A DNA stretch of 64,000 nucleotides, from assembly GCA_002399405.1 (NCBI GenBank), contig DHDP01000013.1:150784-214783 (forward strand), written 5' to 3'. The DNA comes from Treponema sp. UBA4873. Lineage in GTDB: Bacteria; Spirochaetota; Spirochaetia; Treponematales; Treponemataceae. Positions 19,720 through 28,604 of this stretch are shown one piece after another. The notes beneath the pieces were generated by a model. The model was not told the origin of the DNA. It saw only the letters and a program-made list of their open reading frames with translations, and searched no databases. Positions within the stretch are counted from its first letter, which is position 1; each line of letters begins with the position of its first letter. Both the position numbers and the translations under genes were made by a program.

Positions 19720-20383
19720 CAGCTCTGCCCCACCTTTGTATTTCTATCTGACTGATTTTATAGCCGCTGCCGTTCTTTATAAAATAGAAAAGCACATCCG
19801 CATATCCTTTCCCGCATTCGAAGCGGACAGGTATTTCATAATCGTCCGCTATGAACGGAGCGCCGTATATTTTCCCCGTAAATAAATCTCCGGCGTCCGC
19901 ACCGGGCAGGTCTTCACCAAACGTCTGCTTCCACCCCGTTTTCAAATCATCAAGGAACAGAACGTACGAAAAAAGACATCCGTCAGCCATCAGGGAATCC
20001 GCGCTCTGCTGCGACGAAACGGTTGCACAGGCTGTGTCGAGCGCAGTCCTCAAATCCTGCTGGATAAACGAGGTGTCGAGACTTCCGAAACCGTCGATGA
20101 ACGGATAAACGGACGAAGGGACGGACGAAGAAGCAGCGACAGACTGAGGTGTGAGCTTTACAGCTTTATCAACCGCATCCGCCGTCGAAATATCCTGCAC
20201 AAGACGCATGCTTTCAAGTTCCCGCGTCCAGAGTATCTCAGCATCCTTTTTATCGGCCTCTGTACGGAGCGTGTCGCCGGAGGAATCGGTAAAAGCGGCA
20301 GCAGTACCGTTTGCGCATGAAAATACGGAAAAAAGCGCGCAGAAAAAGAGGATACATACTATACTTCTTTCCATAAACTTCAT
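19709..20383 (-). CDS. hypothetical lipoprotein
   Basis: I chose the start at an internal Met (MKFMERSIVCILFFCALFSVFSC has a lipobox). The longer ORF to 20491 adds a non-signal N-terminus. Confidence 0.55.
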   Translation of the reverse strand: MKFMERSIVCILFFCALFSVFSCANGTAAAFTDSSGDTLRTEADKKDAEILWTRELESMRLVQDISTADAVDKAVKLTPQSVAASSSVPSSVYPFIDGFGSLDTSFIQQDLRTALDTACATVSSQQSADSLMADGCLFSYVLFLDDLKTGWKQTFGEDLPGADAGDLFTGKIYGAPFIADDYEIPVRFECGKGYADVLFYFIKNGSGYKISQIEIQRWGRADGK

Positions 20384-20526
20384 TTGCAGTAAGTATACTA
20401 TATTTTCCGCTGAAAATATAGTATTGCGCTGACGACGTAATCCGCAGTCATTGAAAGGCGGCCTTTTTTCTGATAAAATAAAAGTTATCATATTAATATT
20501 AATCTCCTGACTATTCGAGGTGCTCT

Positions 20527-22551
20527 ATGCCGCTTACACTGACTGAAAAGATTCTTCAGGCCCACATTGTTCCGGAAGCATGTGCGGACACAAAATTCAT
20601 CCCCGGTACGCCTATTGAGCGCGGTGCCGATATTGCGGTCCGCATCGACCAGACGCTCACGCAGGACGCGACCGGTACGATGACGTACCTCCAGTTCGAA
20701 ACGATCGGTATTCCGCGCGTAAAGACGGAAGTTTCCGTTTCGTACGTCGACCACAACACACTCCAGACCGACTACAAGAACATGGACGACCACCGCTACC
20801 TTCAGAGTGCGGCGGCAAAATTCGGCCTCTATTTCTCCCGTCCGGGAAACGGCATCTGCCATCAGGTGCATCTCGAGCACTTCGGAAAACCGGGAAAAAC
20901 GCTGCTCGGTTCCGACAGCCACACACCGACGGGCGGCGGCATCGGCATGATTGCGATAGGCGCCGGCGGACTCGACGTTGCCGTCGCGATGGGCGGCGGT
21001 GCGTTTCATCTCGCCATGCCGAAAGTGTTCGGCGTACAGCTCACGGGAAAACTCCGCAGGGGCGTAAGCGCAAAGGACATCATCCTTGAAGTACTCCGCC
21101 GCGAAACGGTAAAAGGCGGCGTCGGTGCGGTATACGAATATTTCGGTCCCGGTGTGGATTCCCTCACTGTTCCGCAGCGCGCAACAATCACGAACATGGG
21201 AGCCGAGCTCGGCGCAACATGCTCGATATTCCCGTCCGACAGGAAGACGAAGACGTTTCTCGCTTCAATGGGCAGGGCAAAGGACTGGACAAAACAGGAA
21301 GCTGATCTCGGCGCAGAGTACGACAAGATAATTCAGATTGATTTGAACAAGCTCGGACCTCTGGCCGCGCAGCCGCATTCTCCCGATGCAGTAACGACGG
21401 TAAAGAAACTTTCGGGAACAAAGGTAACGCAGGTTGTCATAGGTTCCTGTACGAACAGCTCTCTCGACGACCTTGAAACGGTCGCGGCAATCGTCAAGGG
21501 GAAACACATCGCGCCGGGCGTCGAAGCGGGAATCACGCCGGGCAGCCGCGCGACGCTTCTCATGGCGGACAAGGCGGGCATTCTCGGCACGCTCATCGAA
21601 GCGGGATTCCGCATTCTTGAAAGCGCATGCGGTCCGTGCATCGGCATGGGATTCGCACCGAACAGCAGCGGAGTATCGCTGCGTACGTTCAACCGCAATT
21701 TCAAAGGCCGGAGCGGCACTGCGGATGCAAACGTCTATCTTGTCTCCCCTGAAACGGCTGCCGCGTCGGCAGTGACGGGAACCTTCACCGAAGCGGAAAA
21801 AATCACGTATACGGACCACGCGTATGTGCGCGGCGTACGCGTGAGCATGCTCGACGGAAAAGACAAGCGCCTTGCCCCGGCTGCAATCAGAAAAGCAGGA
21901 AAAGACGAAGGTATGATTGTTCCGCCGCTGACTCCGGCGGCTGCAGCGAAAGTCGAAATAGTGCGCGGCCCGAATATTAAGCCGTGCCCGCCCTGCCCTC
22001 CGTGCGCAGCTTCGCTCAAACTGCCGGTGCTGCTTAAAACGGGCGACAACGTATCAACCGACGACATCATGCCTGCAGGGACAAAGGTGCTCCCGTTCCG
22101 CTCGAACATCCCCGAAATCAGCAAGTTCACGTTCTCACGTCTGGACGAAACGTTCTACAGCAGAGCCGAAGCGACAAAATTCAGCGGATGTTTCGTCGTC
22201 GGAGGCGAAAACTACGGACAGGGCTCATCTCGGGAGCACGCGGCTCTCGGACCGATGTACCTCGGAGTGCGCGCCGTCATTACGAAGAGCTTCGCGCGCA
22301 TCCATAAGGCGAATCTCGTAAACTACGGAATTATACCGGTTACATTTGTAAATCCTGCCGATTATGATATACTGAATCAGGGAGATACGCTTGAAATCAC
22401 CAACATTGCGGAAGCGCTCAAAACCGGCAGCGAGTTCACCATTGTTGTAAACGGAAAAACGATAAGAGGTGTAAACGATTTAAGCAGGCGGAGCCGCGCG
22501 ATTCTTATCTCAGGCGGACTTGCGTCGTACACACGCAAAGGCGGTAACTGA
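20527..22551 (+). CDS. aconitate hydratase (aconitase family, fused large and swivel domains)
   Basis: 674 aa with DQTLTQDATG, GSDSHTPTGGG, GSCTNSS, CGPCIGMG and NYGQGSSREHAAL motifs. Confidence 0.85.
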   Translation: MPLTLTEKILQAHIVPEACADTKFIPGTPIERGADIAVRIDQTLTQDATGTMTYLQFETIGIPRVKTEVSVSYVDHNTLQTDYKNMDDHRYLQSAAAKFGLYFSRPGNGICHQVHLEHFGKPGKTLLGSDSHTPTGGGIGMIAIGAGGLDVAVAMGGGAFHLAMPKVFGVQLTGKLRRGVSAKDIILEVLRRETVKGGVGAVYEYFGPGVDSLTVPQRATITNMGAELGATCSIFPSDRKTKTFLASMGRAKDWTKQEADLGAEYDKIIQIDLNKLGPLAAQPHSPDAVTTVKKLSGTKVTQVVIGSCTNSSLDDLETVAAIVKGKHIAPGVEAGITPGSRATLLMADKAGILGTLIEAGFRILESACGPCIGMGFAPNSSGVSLRTFNRNFKGRSGTADANVYLVSPETAAASAVTGTFTEAEKITYTDHAYVRGVRVSMLDGKDKRLAPAAIRKAGKDEGMIVPPLTPAAAAKVEIVRGPNIKPCPPCPPCAASLKLPVLLKTGDNVSTDDIMPAGTKVLPFRSNIPEISKFTFSRLDETFYSRAEATKFSGCFVVGGENYGQGSSREHAALGPMYLGVRAVITKSFARIHKANLVNYGIIPVTFVNPADYDILNQGDTLEITNIAEALKTGSEFTIVVNGKTIRGVNDLSRRSRAILISGGLASYTRKGGN

Positions 22552-22571
22552 TATTTTATAGGAGAGATTTT

Positions 22572-23288
22572 ATGAACGTCCATAACATAATGGAAGAATA
22601 CGTCAAATCACGCGTCGACCTCATGTTCGACCAGCTGAATGAAAACAAACCAGTCTGGTTTACGTGCAGCTGCGAGGACTGCCGGCTGGACGCCGTGAAT
22701 TACGTACTTAACCGCACGACGCCGCGGTACGTAGTTTCCGGCCGCGGCGTCGTGCACAATTCCGAAGTGTTGGACAACCCTCAGATGCGTGCGGACGTCG
22801 ATGCGCTTGCAATCGAGGGGATACGCCTTATCAACGCTGTTCAGCGCCCCTACCATAAAAACATCAAACAGGCAGGAAAGAACGACATTCAGCAACCGTC
22901 ATTCAACTTTCCGGTATTCATCGGCACGGTTTTCGACGGAACGAGTTTTGAACCGCTGTCCGACGCGGCAATCACGCTCAAATACGGAGACATGATTGTG
23001 GACATGATAGACAAGACATGGCCGAATCCGTGCCGCACGTACAAAGCTACAAAGGGCACGTATTCCTTCTGGGCTAAACCGTTCAGGGCGGATAAATCCG
23101 GAATAAGCAGGCAATTCAACTTTACGGTAGAAGTTGCGGTGAAAGAGTATTCGCCCGTCAGCTATGCGTTCGACATTCCCGTCGTAAGCGATTCCGACAG
23201 TAAAACGGAAATGAATACGTCGTATTCGGTCAAGATTCAGGATTTATTTCTGTTCCGCAGCGATGTGAGCAATCCGATGGAAGACTGA
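22572..23288 (+). CDS. ComFB-domain protein with an extra C-terminal domain
   Basis: The N-terminal ~90 aa (EEYVKSRVD..CSCEDCRLDAVNYVLNRTTPRYVVSGRG) match the late-competence ComFB fold. The remaining ~140 aa are unassigned. Confidence 0.6.
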   Translation: MNVHNIMEEYVKSRVDLMFDQLNENKPVWFTCSCEDCRLDAVNYVLNRTTPRYVVSGRGVVHNSEVLDNPQMRADVDALAIEGIRLINAVQRPYHKNIKQAGKNDIQQPSFNFPVFIGTVFDGTSFEPLSDAAITLKYGDMIVDMIDKTWPNPCRTYKATKGTYSFWAKPFRADKSGISRQFNFTVEVAVKEYSPVSYAFDIPVVSDSDSKTEMNTSYSVKIQDLFLFRSDVSNPMED

Positions 23289-23363
23289 TTTTAGGAATGT
23301 ACCGCATTTCTGAATGAGCTTATTGACACACAGCTTTTTATTCTATATAGTAGAACAACATCC

Positions 23364-23437
23364 GGACGATTAGCTCAGTCGGTTAGAGCACTTGGTTTAC
23401 ACCCAAGGTGTCGGGGGTTCGAATCCCTCACCGTCCA
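23364..23437 (+). tRNA. tRNA-Val (TAC)
   Basis: Anticodon stem CTTGG/CCAAG with loop TTTACAC, T-loop GGTTCGAATCC. The acceptor stem has one A:C mismatch in my hand fold. Confidence 0.85.
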
Positions 23438-23670
23438 TTTTACATCCTTACTTCAAAAGAACAATCAAAACAACAAGAAAATACTCACCACATCTGACAG
23501 AAATTCTTTCTTCTGCTGATTATTCGCCTCCCTCTCTAATGTCGTGGTACGCTTATTTATGACTGATTTTCTCTCGCAATAAAACAGTATAAAAATTTGA
23601 CAAATACAAATAACGGAGTTATCATTCTACTTAGCGAACAAGTGACTTACTCACACAGTGGAGGTTGTAT

Positions 23671-24870
23671 ATGAAAATAACAAAAATTGATGTATTCCGA
23701 GTGGACGATCCTTCAAACACAAATTGGCATCCGGTCCTTTGTCGCATATATACTGACAACGGTTTATATGGGGACGGAGAAGCGGCTATCGCGTATGGAA
23801 TCGGTAGTACGGGAGCTTTTGGAATGGTTCAAGATCTTGCCAAACTGGTGATCGGCATGGATCCGCTCGATACTGAAGTTATCTGGCAAAAATTGTACCG
23901 GAAAACATTTTGGGGACAGAATGGTGGCAGTATCGTAACCGCAGGAATAAGCGCCATAGATTTGGCATTATGGGATATAAAGGGAAAATTCTTTAATGTT
24001 CCCGTGTATAAGCTTCTTGGTGGAAAACAAAACGACAATTTGCGGACATATGCATCCCAACTGCAATTCGGCTGGACAAAAGAAATGGGGGCAATGTTTA
24101 AAACCGCAGATTATGTTGCAGCCGCAAAAAGGGCACTCGCAGAAGGATATACGGCAATAAAAATCGATTTCTTTACCTATCGTCCGGAGGGAGGTGCCTA
24201 TACGGATAAAGAAAGAACAACTCTGATCAGTCCCGATATCCTGTCGCAAGTCGTAGGGCGGGTAAAAGCCGTACGTGAGGCTGTCGGTGATAAAATCGAT
24301 ATAATCATCGAAAATCACAGCTTCCTTGATGCACAATCAGCAGTTCAACTTGCAAACGCGGTTGAACCATACAATATATTTTATTTTGAGGAACCAAATA
24401 CTCCGGATCCTCAAACAGCGAGATATATCAGTTCTAAAATACGTATTCCGATTGCAAACGGCGAGCGAATTTACACACGTTGGCAATACAAACATTATTT
24501 CCAGGATAATACACTGCAAATAGCGCAACCAGATTTAGGAACGTGCGGTGGCATCACTGAAGTAAAAAAAATATGTGATATGGCTTATGCATATGATGTT
24601 GCAATACAGATTCATGCATGCGGAAGCCCTATTTGTACCGCAGCATCGCTTCAGGTCGAAGCTGCTATTCCTAATTTTATTATACATGAACATCATCAGG
24701 CTAATCTTTGTGACTTCAATATAAAACTTTGTAAGTATGATTATCAACCGATACACGGAAAATTCAAAGTTCCCGACCTACCGGGTCTCGGTAATGAATT
24801 ATCGGATTATGTGCTCAATGAATCTCCGAAAGTAACGATTGAAGGCGATAACGCTTTCTGGAGCATGTAG
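23671..24870 (+). CDS. enolase-superfamily enzyme (mandelate racemase / galactonate dehydratase-like), paralog 1
   Basis: MKITKIDVFRV.., SAIDLALWDIKGK, metal-ligand-like IIENHS, FEEP and ANGER, plus IQPDLGTCGGITE and IQIHACGSP. ATG at 23671 with GGAGG upstream. Confidence 0.8.
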   Translation: MKITKIDVFRVDDPSNTNWHPVLCRIYTDNGLYGDGEAAIAYGIGSTGAFGMVQDLAKLVIGMDPLDTEVIWQKLYRKTFWGQNGGSIVTAGISAIDLALWDIKGKFFNVPVYKLLGGKQNDNLRTYASQLQFGWTKEMGAMFKTADYVAAAKRALAEGYTAIKIDFFTYRPEGGAYTDKERTTLISPDILSQVVGRVKAVREAVGDKIDIIIENHSFLDAQSAVQLANAVEPYNIFYFEEPNTPDPQTARYISSKIRIPIANGERIYTRWQYKHYFQDNTLQIAQPDLGTCGGITEVKKICDMAYAYDVAIQIHACGSPICTAASLQVEAAIPNFIIHEHHQANLCDFNIKLCKYDYQPIHGKFKVPDLPGLGNELSDYVLNESPKVTIEGDNAFWSM

Positions 24871-24920
24871 TTTTTCGTTTTATGTTTCTGCTTCGACGGT
24901 ATCTAAAAGGAGGATACGTT

Positions 24921-26294
24921 ATGAATACAACTAACAAAACAGCATCCGAGAATGGCATTCTGGGATTCACTGAACTGTGGGCACTTGGAGTCGGTCAAGT
25001 AATCGGCGCAGGAGTTATTACACTCATCGGACCGGCAATCGGTCTAACGGGATATTCAGTCTGGCTTGCTTATTTTGTTGCGGTACTGCTCGGCGCTGCA
25101 ACGAATTTACCGCTTATTATTTTTTCTTCGGTCACCAAATATTCCGGCGGTGACTACTCGATAATTACCATGCTTGGAGGTGAAAAAATAGGCGGCATGT
25201 TCATCGTCGGATTCATTCTCCAAATGCTTGCGATGTCGCTGTATGTAACAGCGATCGGTCTGTATACAGAATCGCTGTTCCCCGCAGTAAACGGAAAAAT
25301 GGTCGGACTTATATTACTTGTTCTCTTTTACATAGTAAATATGTTCGGAGTTGCTAATATGGCAAAATTCCAAAAAGTAATGTCAGCCCTGCTTGTGGTG
25401 GTCCTTCTCATGTTTGGAATCGTTGGTTTGATAAAAGGAAATTTCAGCAGCAGCATAGCGATTGCATCAAAACAATTTTTCAGCAATGGTTTTACCGGCT
25501 TCTGGAGCGCAGTTATGCTTCTCGTTTATTCATGCCAAGGCTATAAACTGACGGTCATGTATGGAGGACAAGCGAAAGAACCGACAAAAAACATGCCCCG
25601 CGCATTACTTGCCGTTATTCCTGTTATTCTTGTGATCTACACGTTAGTCGCTTTTGCGGATGTAAGTGTTCTTCCTCTCGACCAGGTCATTAATAAACCT
25701 TTAACACTGGCCGCAAAGGCAATACTCCCGTCAGCACTGTTCATTATATTTATCATCGGCGGACCGATCATGGCATTACTGACAACGCTGAATTCAACGT
25801 ATGGAGCAATGGTTGGTCCTTTTGAAAAAGCTGCAAAAGACGGCTGGTTCCCTGCAGGACTTGCAAAAAAGAATAAATATGGTGCCGCGGTAGTTATTCT
25901 GACTATAGAACTTATTATCGGAGTAATTCCGGTATTACTGAATTTTTCGGTCGCAACAATTGTAAATAATATAATGCTGATTACTTCTGTGTATCAATTT
26001 CTATTATATTATTCTCTGCTTCAGGTACCCAAAAAAATGCCCAGTAAATGGAGCCATGCAACAATGCACTGCAATAATGCAGTCTATTATGGTATAATAA
26101 TATTAGCTGCTTTTTTCCAAATTCTTATTTTATACAAATCAATAAAAAACCTGACGCCGGCAGTGGCAATAACCAATATAGCAGTCTTGCTTATCTGCTT
26201 TATTTATGCGGTTGTTCGTCATAATCTTGGGAAGACACATATTGATACAGAAGGCATGCTTGAATTAACTGACACAAACTATAAGGAGGTGTAA
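24921..26294 (+). CDS. APC-family amino acid/polyamine-type permease
   Basis: About 457 aa, about 12 hydrophobic segments, N-terminal GFTELWALGVGQVIGAGVI. ATG at 24921 preceded by AAAGGAGGA. Confidence 0.75.
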   Translation: MNTTNKTASENGILGFTELWALGVGQVIGAGVITLIGPAIGLTGYSVWLAYFVAVLLGAATNLPLIIFSSVTKYSGGDYSIITMLGGEKIGGMFIVGFILQMLAMSLYVTAIGLYTESLFPAVNGKMVGLILLVLFYIVNMFGVANMAKFQKVMSALLVVVLLMFGIVGLIKGNFSSSIAIASKQFFSNGFTGFWSAVMLLVYSCQGYKLTVMYGGQAKEPTKNMPRALLAVIPVILVIYTLVAFADVSVLPLDQVINKPLTLAAKAILPSALFIIFIIGGPIMALLTTLNSTYGAMVGPFEKAAKDGWFPAGLAKKNKYGAAVVILTIELIIGVIPVLLNFSVATIVNNIMLITSVYQFLLYYSLLQVPKKMPSKWSHATMHCNNAVYYGIIILAAFFQILILYKSIKNLTPAVAITNIAVLLICFIYAVVRHNLGKTHIDTEGMLELTDTNYKEV

Positions 26295-26295
26295 A

Positions 26296-27486
26296 ATGAA
26301 AATTACAAAGATCGATGTATTCCGGCTCAGTACTGCAAGTTCAAAAATGAATAGTCCTATCGGATGCAGAATTTATACGGATTCTGGAATCTATGGCGAC
26401 GGTGAAGCGGGTATGGCCTACGGGGTCGGAGGTACCGCTGCGTTCGGTATGGTATGTGACTTAGCAGAAATTATTATCGGGATGGATCCTTTTCGAACTG
26501 AAGCTATTTGGGAAAAAATGTACAAAACGACGTTTTGGGGACAAAACGGCGGGCCTGTCGTTTTTTCAGGTATTGCAGCAATTGATGTAGCACTTTGGGA
26601 TATCAAAGGGAAGTATTTTAATGTTCCATGCTACGTTTTACTCGGTGGAAAAATGAGGGATACCCTGAGAACATATGCGTCTCAACTGCAGTTCGGATGG
26701 GGACAGACAGGAAAAACACCGCATCTGTGGGCGGTAACTCCTCAAGATTATGCAAGAAACGCACGGCTCGCAGTGGATGAAGGATTCGATGCCGTAAAAA
26801 TCGATTTTTTTGACCGGGATGAAAAAGGACAGAAATTAACAACTCTTGAACAAACAGGACTACTTTCCCCCCGCATGCTCAATATGGTCGAATCAAGAAT
26901 AAAGGCGGTCCGAGACGAAATCGGATATGATGTTGATATCATTATGGAAAACCATTCCTATCCCGATGCATTAAGTGCGGTACAGTTGGGTAAAATTGCC
27001 GAAAAATATAAAATTTGGGCATTCGAGGAACCGAATACTCCGGGAATTAAGACAGCCGAATATATTACCAAAAACCTTTCCGTCCCAATTGCAAACGGAG
27101 AACGACTATTCAGCAGGTGGCAATACGCCCCTCTGTTTGAAAAGAATCTGGTACAGCTGATACAGCCGGATATCGGTAATTGTGGCGGAATTACAGAAGT
27201 AAAAAAAATATGCGATATGGCATATACGTATGATGTCGCAGTACAGATACATGTTGCCGGCAGTCCGCTTGCAACAAACGCAGCGCTCCAAATCGAATGC
27301 GTTATACCAAATTTTGTCATTCATGAACATCATACCTGCAATCGCATGGATACCTGTCTCGGTCTGACAAAATATAATCTTCAACCGGAGCAGGGATTTT
27401 TCACCGTTCCTGACTTGCCCGGTCTGGGGAACGAATTCCTTAATGAAGCGATCGAAAAAGCGTATTTGCGGAAAATAATCGAATAG
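26296..27486 (+). CDS. enolase-superfamily enzyme, paralog 2
   Basis: Same motif set as 23671-24870 (AAIDVALWDIKGK, IMENHS, FEEP, ANGER, IQPDIGNCGGITE, IQIHVAGSP). Confidence 0.8.
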   Translation: MKITKIDVFRLSTASSKMNSPIGCRIYTDSGIYGDGEAGMAYGVGGTAAFGMVCDLAEIIIGMDPFRTEAIWEKMYKTTFWGQNGGPVVFSGIAAIDVALWDIKGKYFNVPCYVLLGGKMRDTLRTYASQLQFGWGQTGKTPHLWAVTPQDYARNARLAVDEGFDAVKIDFFDRDEKGQKLTTLEQTGLLSPRMLNMVESRIKAVRDEIGYDVDIIMENHSYPDALSAVQLGKIAEKYKIWAFEEPNTPGIKTAEYITKNLSVPIANGERLFSRWQYAPLFEKNLVQLIQPDIGNCGGITEVKKICDMAYTYDVAVQIHVAGSPLATNAALQIECVIPNFVIHEHHTCNRMDTCLGLTKYNLQPEQGFFTVPDLPGLGNEFLNEAIEKAYLRKIIE

Positions 27487-27499
27487 GCGCGGCACGTAA

Positions 27500-27538
27500 A
27501 CGGCTCTTTGCCATTCCGAAACAAAGGGCCGTTTTTTT
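27500..27538. terminator. bidirectional intrinsic terminator between the enolase paralog 2 and GntR genes
   Basis: ACGGCTCTTTG..CAAAGGGCCGT 11-bp stem followed by T7. Confidence 0.65.
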
Positions 27539-28277
27539 ATGTATCTGCGGATTCAGCCGACGGCTTAGTATCAAGAATTTGAATATAGATTTTTTTGCAC
27601 GTCTCTTTGTCATGCGCCGCAATTGCCTTATAAAGCAATACATGCAAGTCGCCATCAGGTTCAAAATACAAATGCTGTTTCGACATAGCATCACGCTTTG
27701 TGAGCAGATTTTTTACATGTGTCCGTATCAGCATCCATGTCAGTTTGTATATATCCCGATAAAGATTATTGTGACTCATGATGCAAATCTGATAATGAAA
27801 ATCCATATCGGCTTCGACAAGATCTTCAAGTCCCTCGCCTGTCGTAATATATGAATCCCGAAGCTGCAGATACTTCTCCATTTTACTTTTCAACACCGTA
27901 AGTTCTTCATTACCCGGATTTTCACATGCAAGAGTAGCGCATTCTATTTCAATCAGTCGCCGAAGAGCCCAAGTTTCATCAATTTTCTGCTTAGTCAGAT
28001 AAATATCGGAAACAGCTTCCATATAGTTTGAAAACGAAAAACTTCTTACAAAAGATCCTTCTCCTATCTGCGTTTCAATAATACCTATAGAACTGAGTTT
28101 TTGTAACGCTAATCGGACGGTAAGACGATTTACGCCGTACATTTTCGCCAAATCGGCTTCTGCAGGCAATTTGCAGCCCACTTTCCACTCTCCGTTCATG
28201 ATCGCATTTTTTATTTCATGAACGACCTGATCAACCATTGAAATACGCTTTATCGGAATAATATCTTTTTTACTCAT
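27537..28277 (-). CDS. GntR-family transcriptional regulator (FadR/FCD type)
   Basis: wHTH segment LPAEADLAKMYGVNRLTVRLALQKL plus a helical C-terminal FCD-like domain. Internal Met at 28277 chosen as the start. Confidence 0.8.
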   Translation of the reverse strand: MSKKDIIPIKRISMVDQVVHEIKNAIMNGEWKVGCKLPAEADLAKMYGVNRLTVRLALQKLSSIGIIETQIGEGSFVRSFSFSNYMEAVSDIYLTKQKIDETWALRRLIEIECATLACENPGNEELTVLKSKMEKYLQLRDSYITTGEGLEDLVEADMDFHYQICIMSHNNLYRDIYKLTWMLIRTHVKNLLTKRDAMSKQHLYFEPDGDLHVLLYKAIAAHDKETCKKIYIQILDTKPSAESADT

Positions 28278-28458
28278 ATCATTAACCTGTTCACTGTTAT
28301 CAAAAATGTATTGAATTCCAACGACGATTTCCCCATGTTGTTTCATCATGCAATAATTCTTATCTTATAGAAGGAAATCGTACTACTTATTATAGCATAG
28401 TATTAAAACAACATCTATCAAAAACCGGATTTGACCAGCACATTTATGGCCGGAGCAC

Positions 28459-28494
28459 GATAAATCGGCATGTACACGGTCATGCCGATTTATC
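28459..28494 (-). terminator. 14-bp perfect hairpin downstream of the chemoreceptor gene (no U-tract)
   Basis: GATAAATCGGCATG-8 nt-CATGCCGATTTATC. Confidence 0.35.
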
Positions 28495-28604
28495 ATATAA
28501 GCAGATATCGGAGCTGAATACTTTTATTTCGTGCCTGCATAATCTTCAAAAGTGCCGCCGGGTAATTTTCCGGTTCTTTTGGGAGAAAATTATTTTTTAT
28601 ACTA

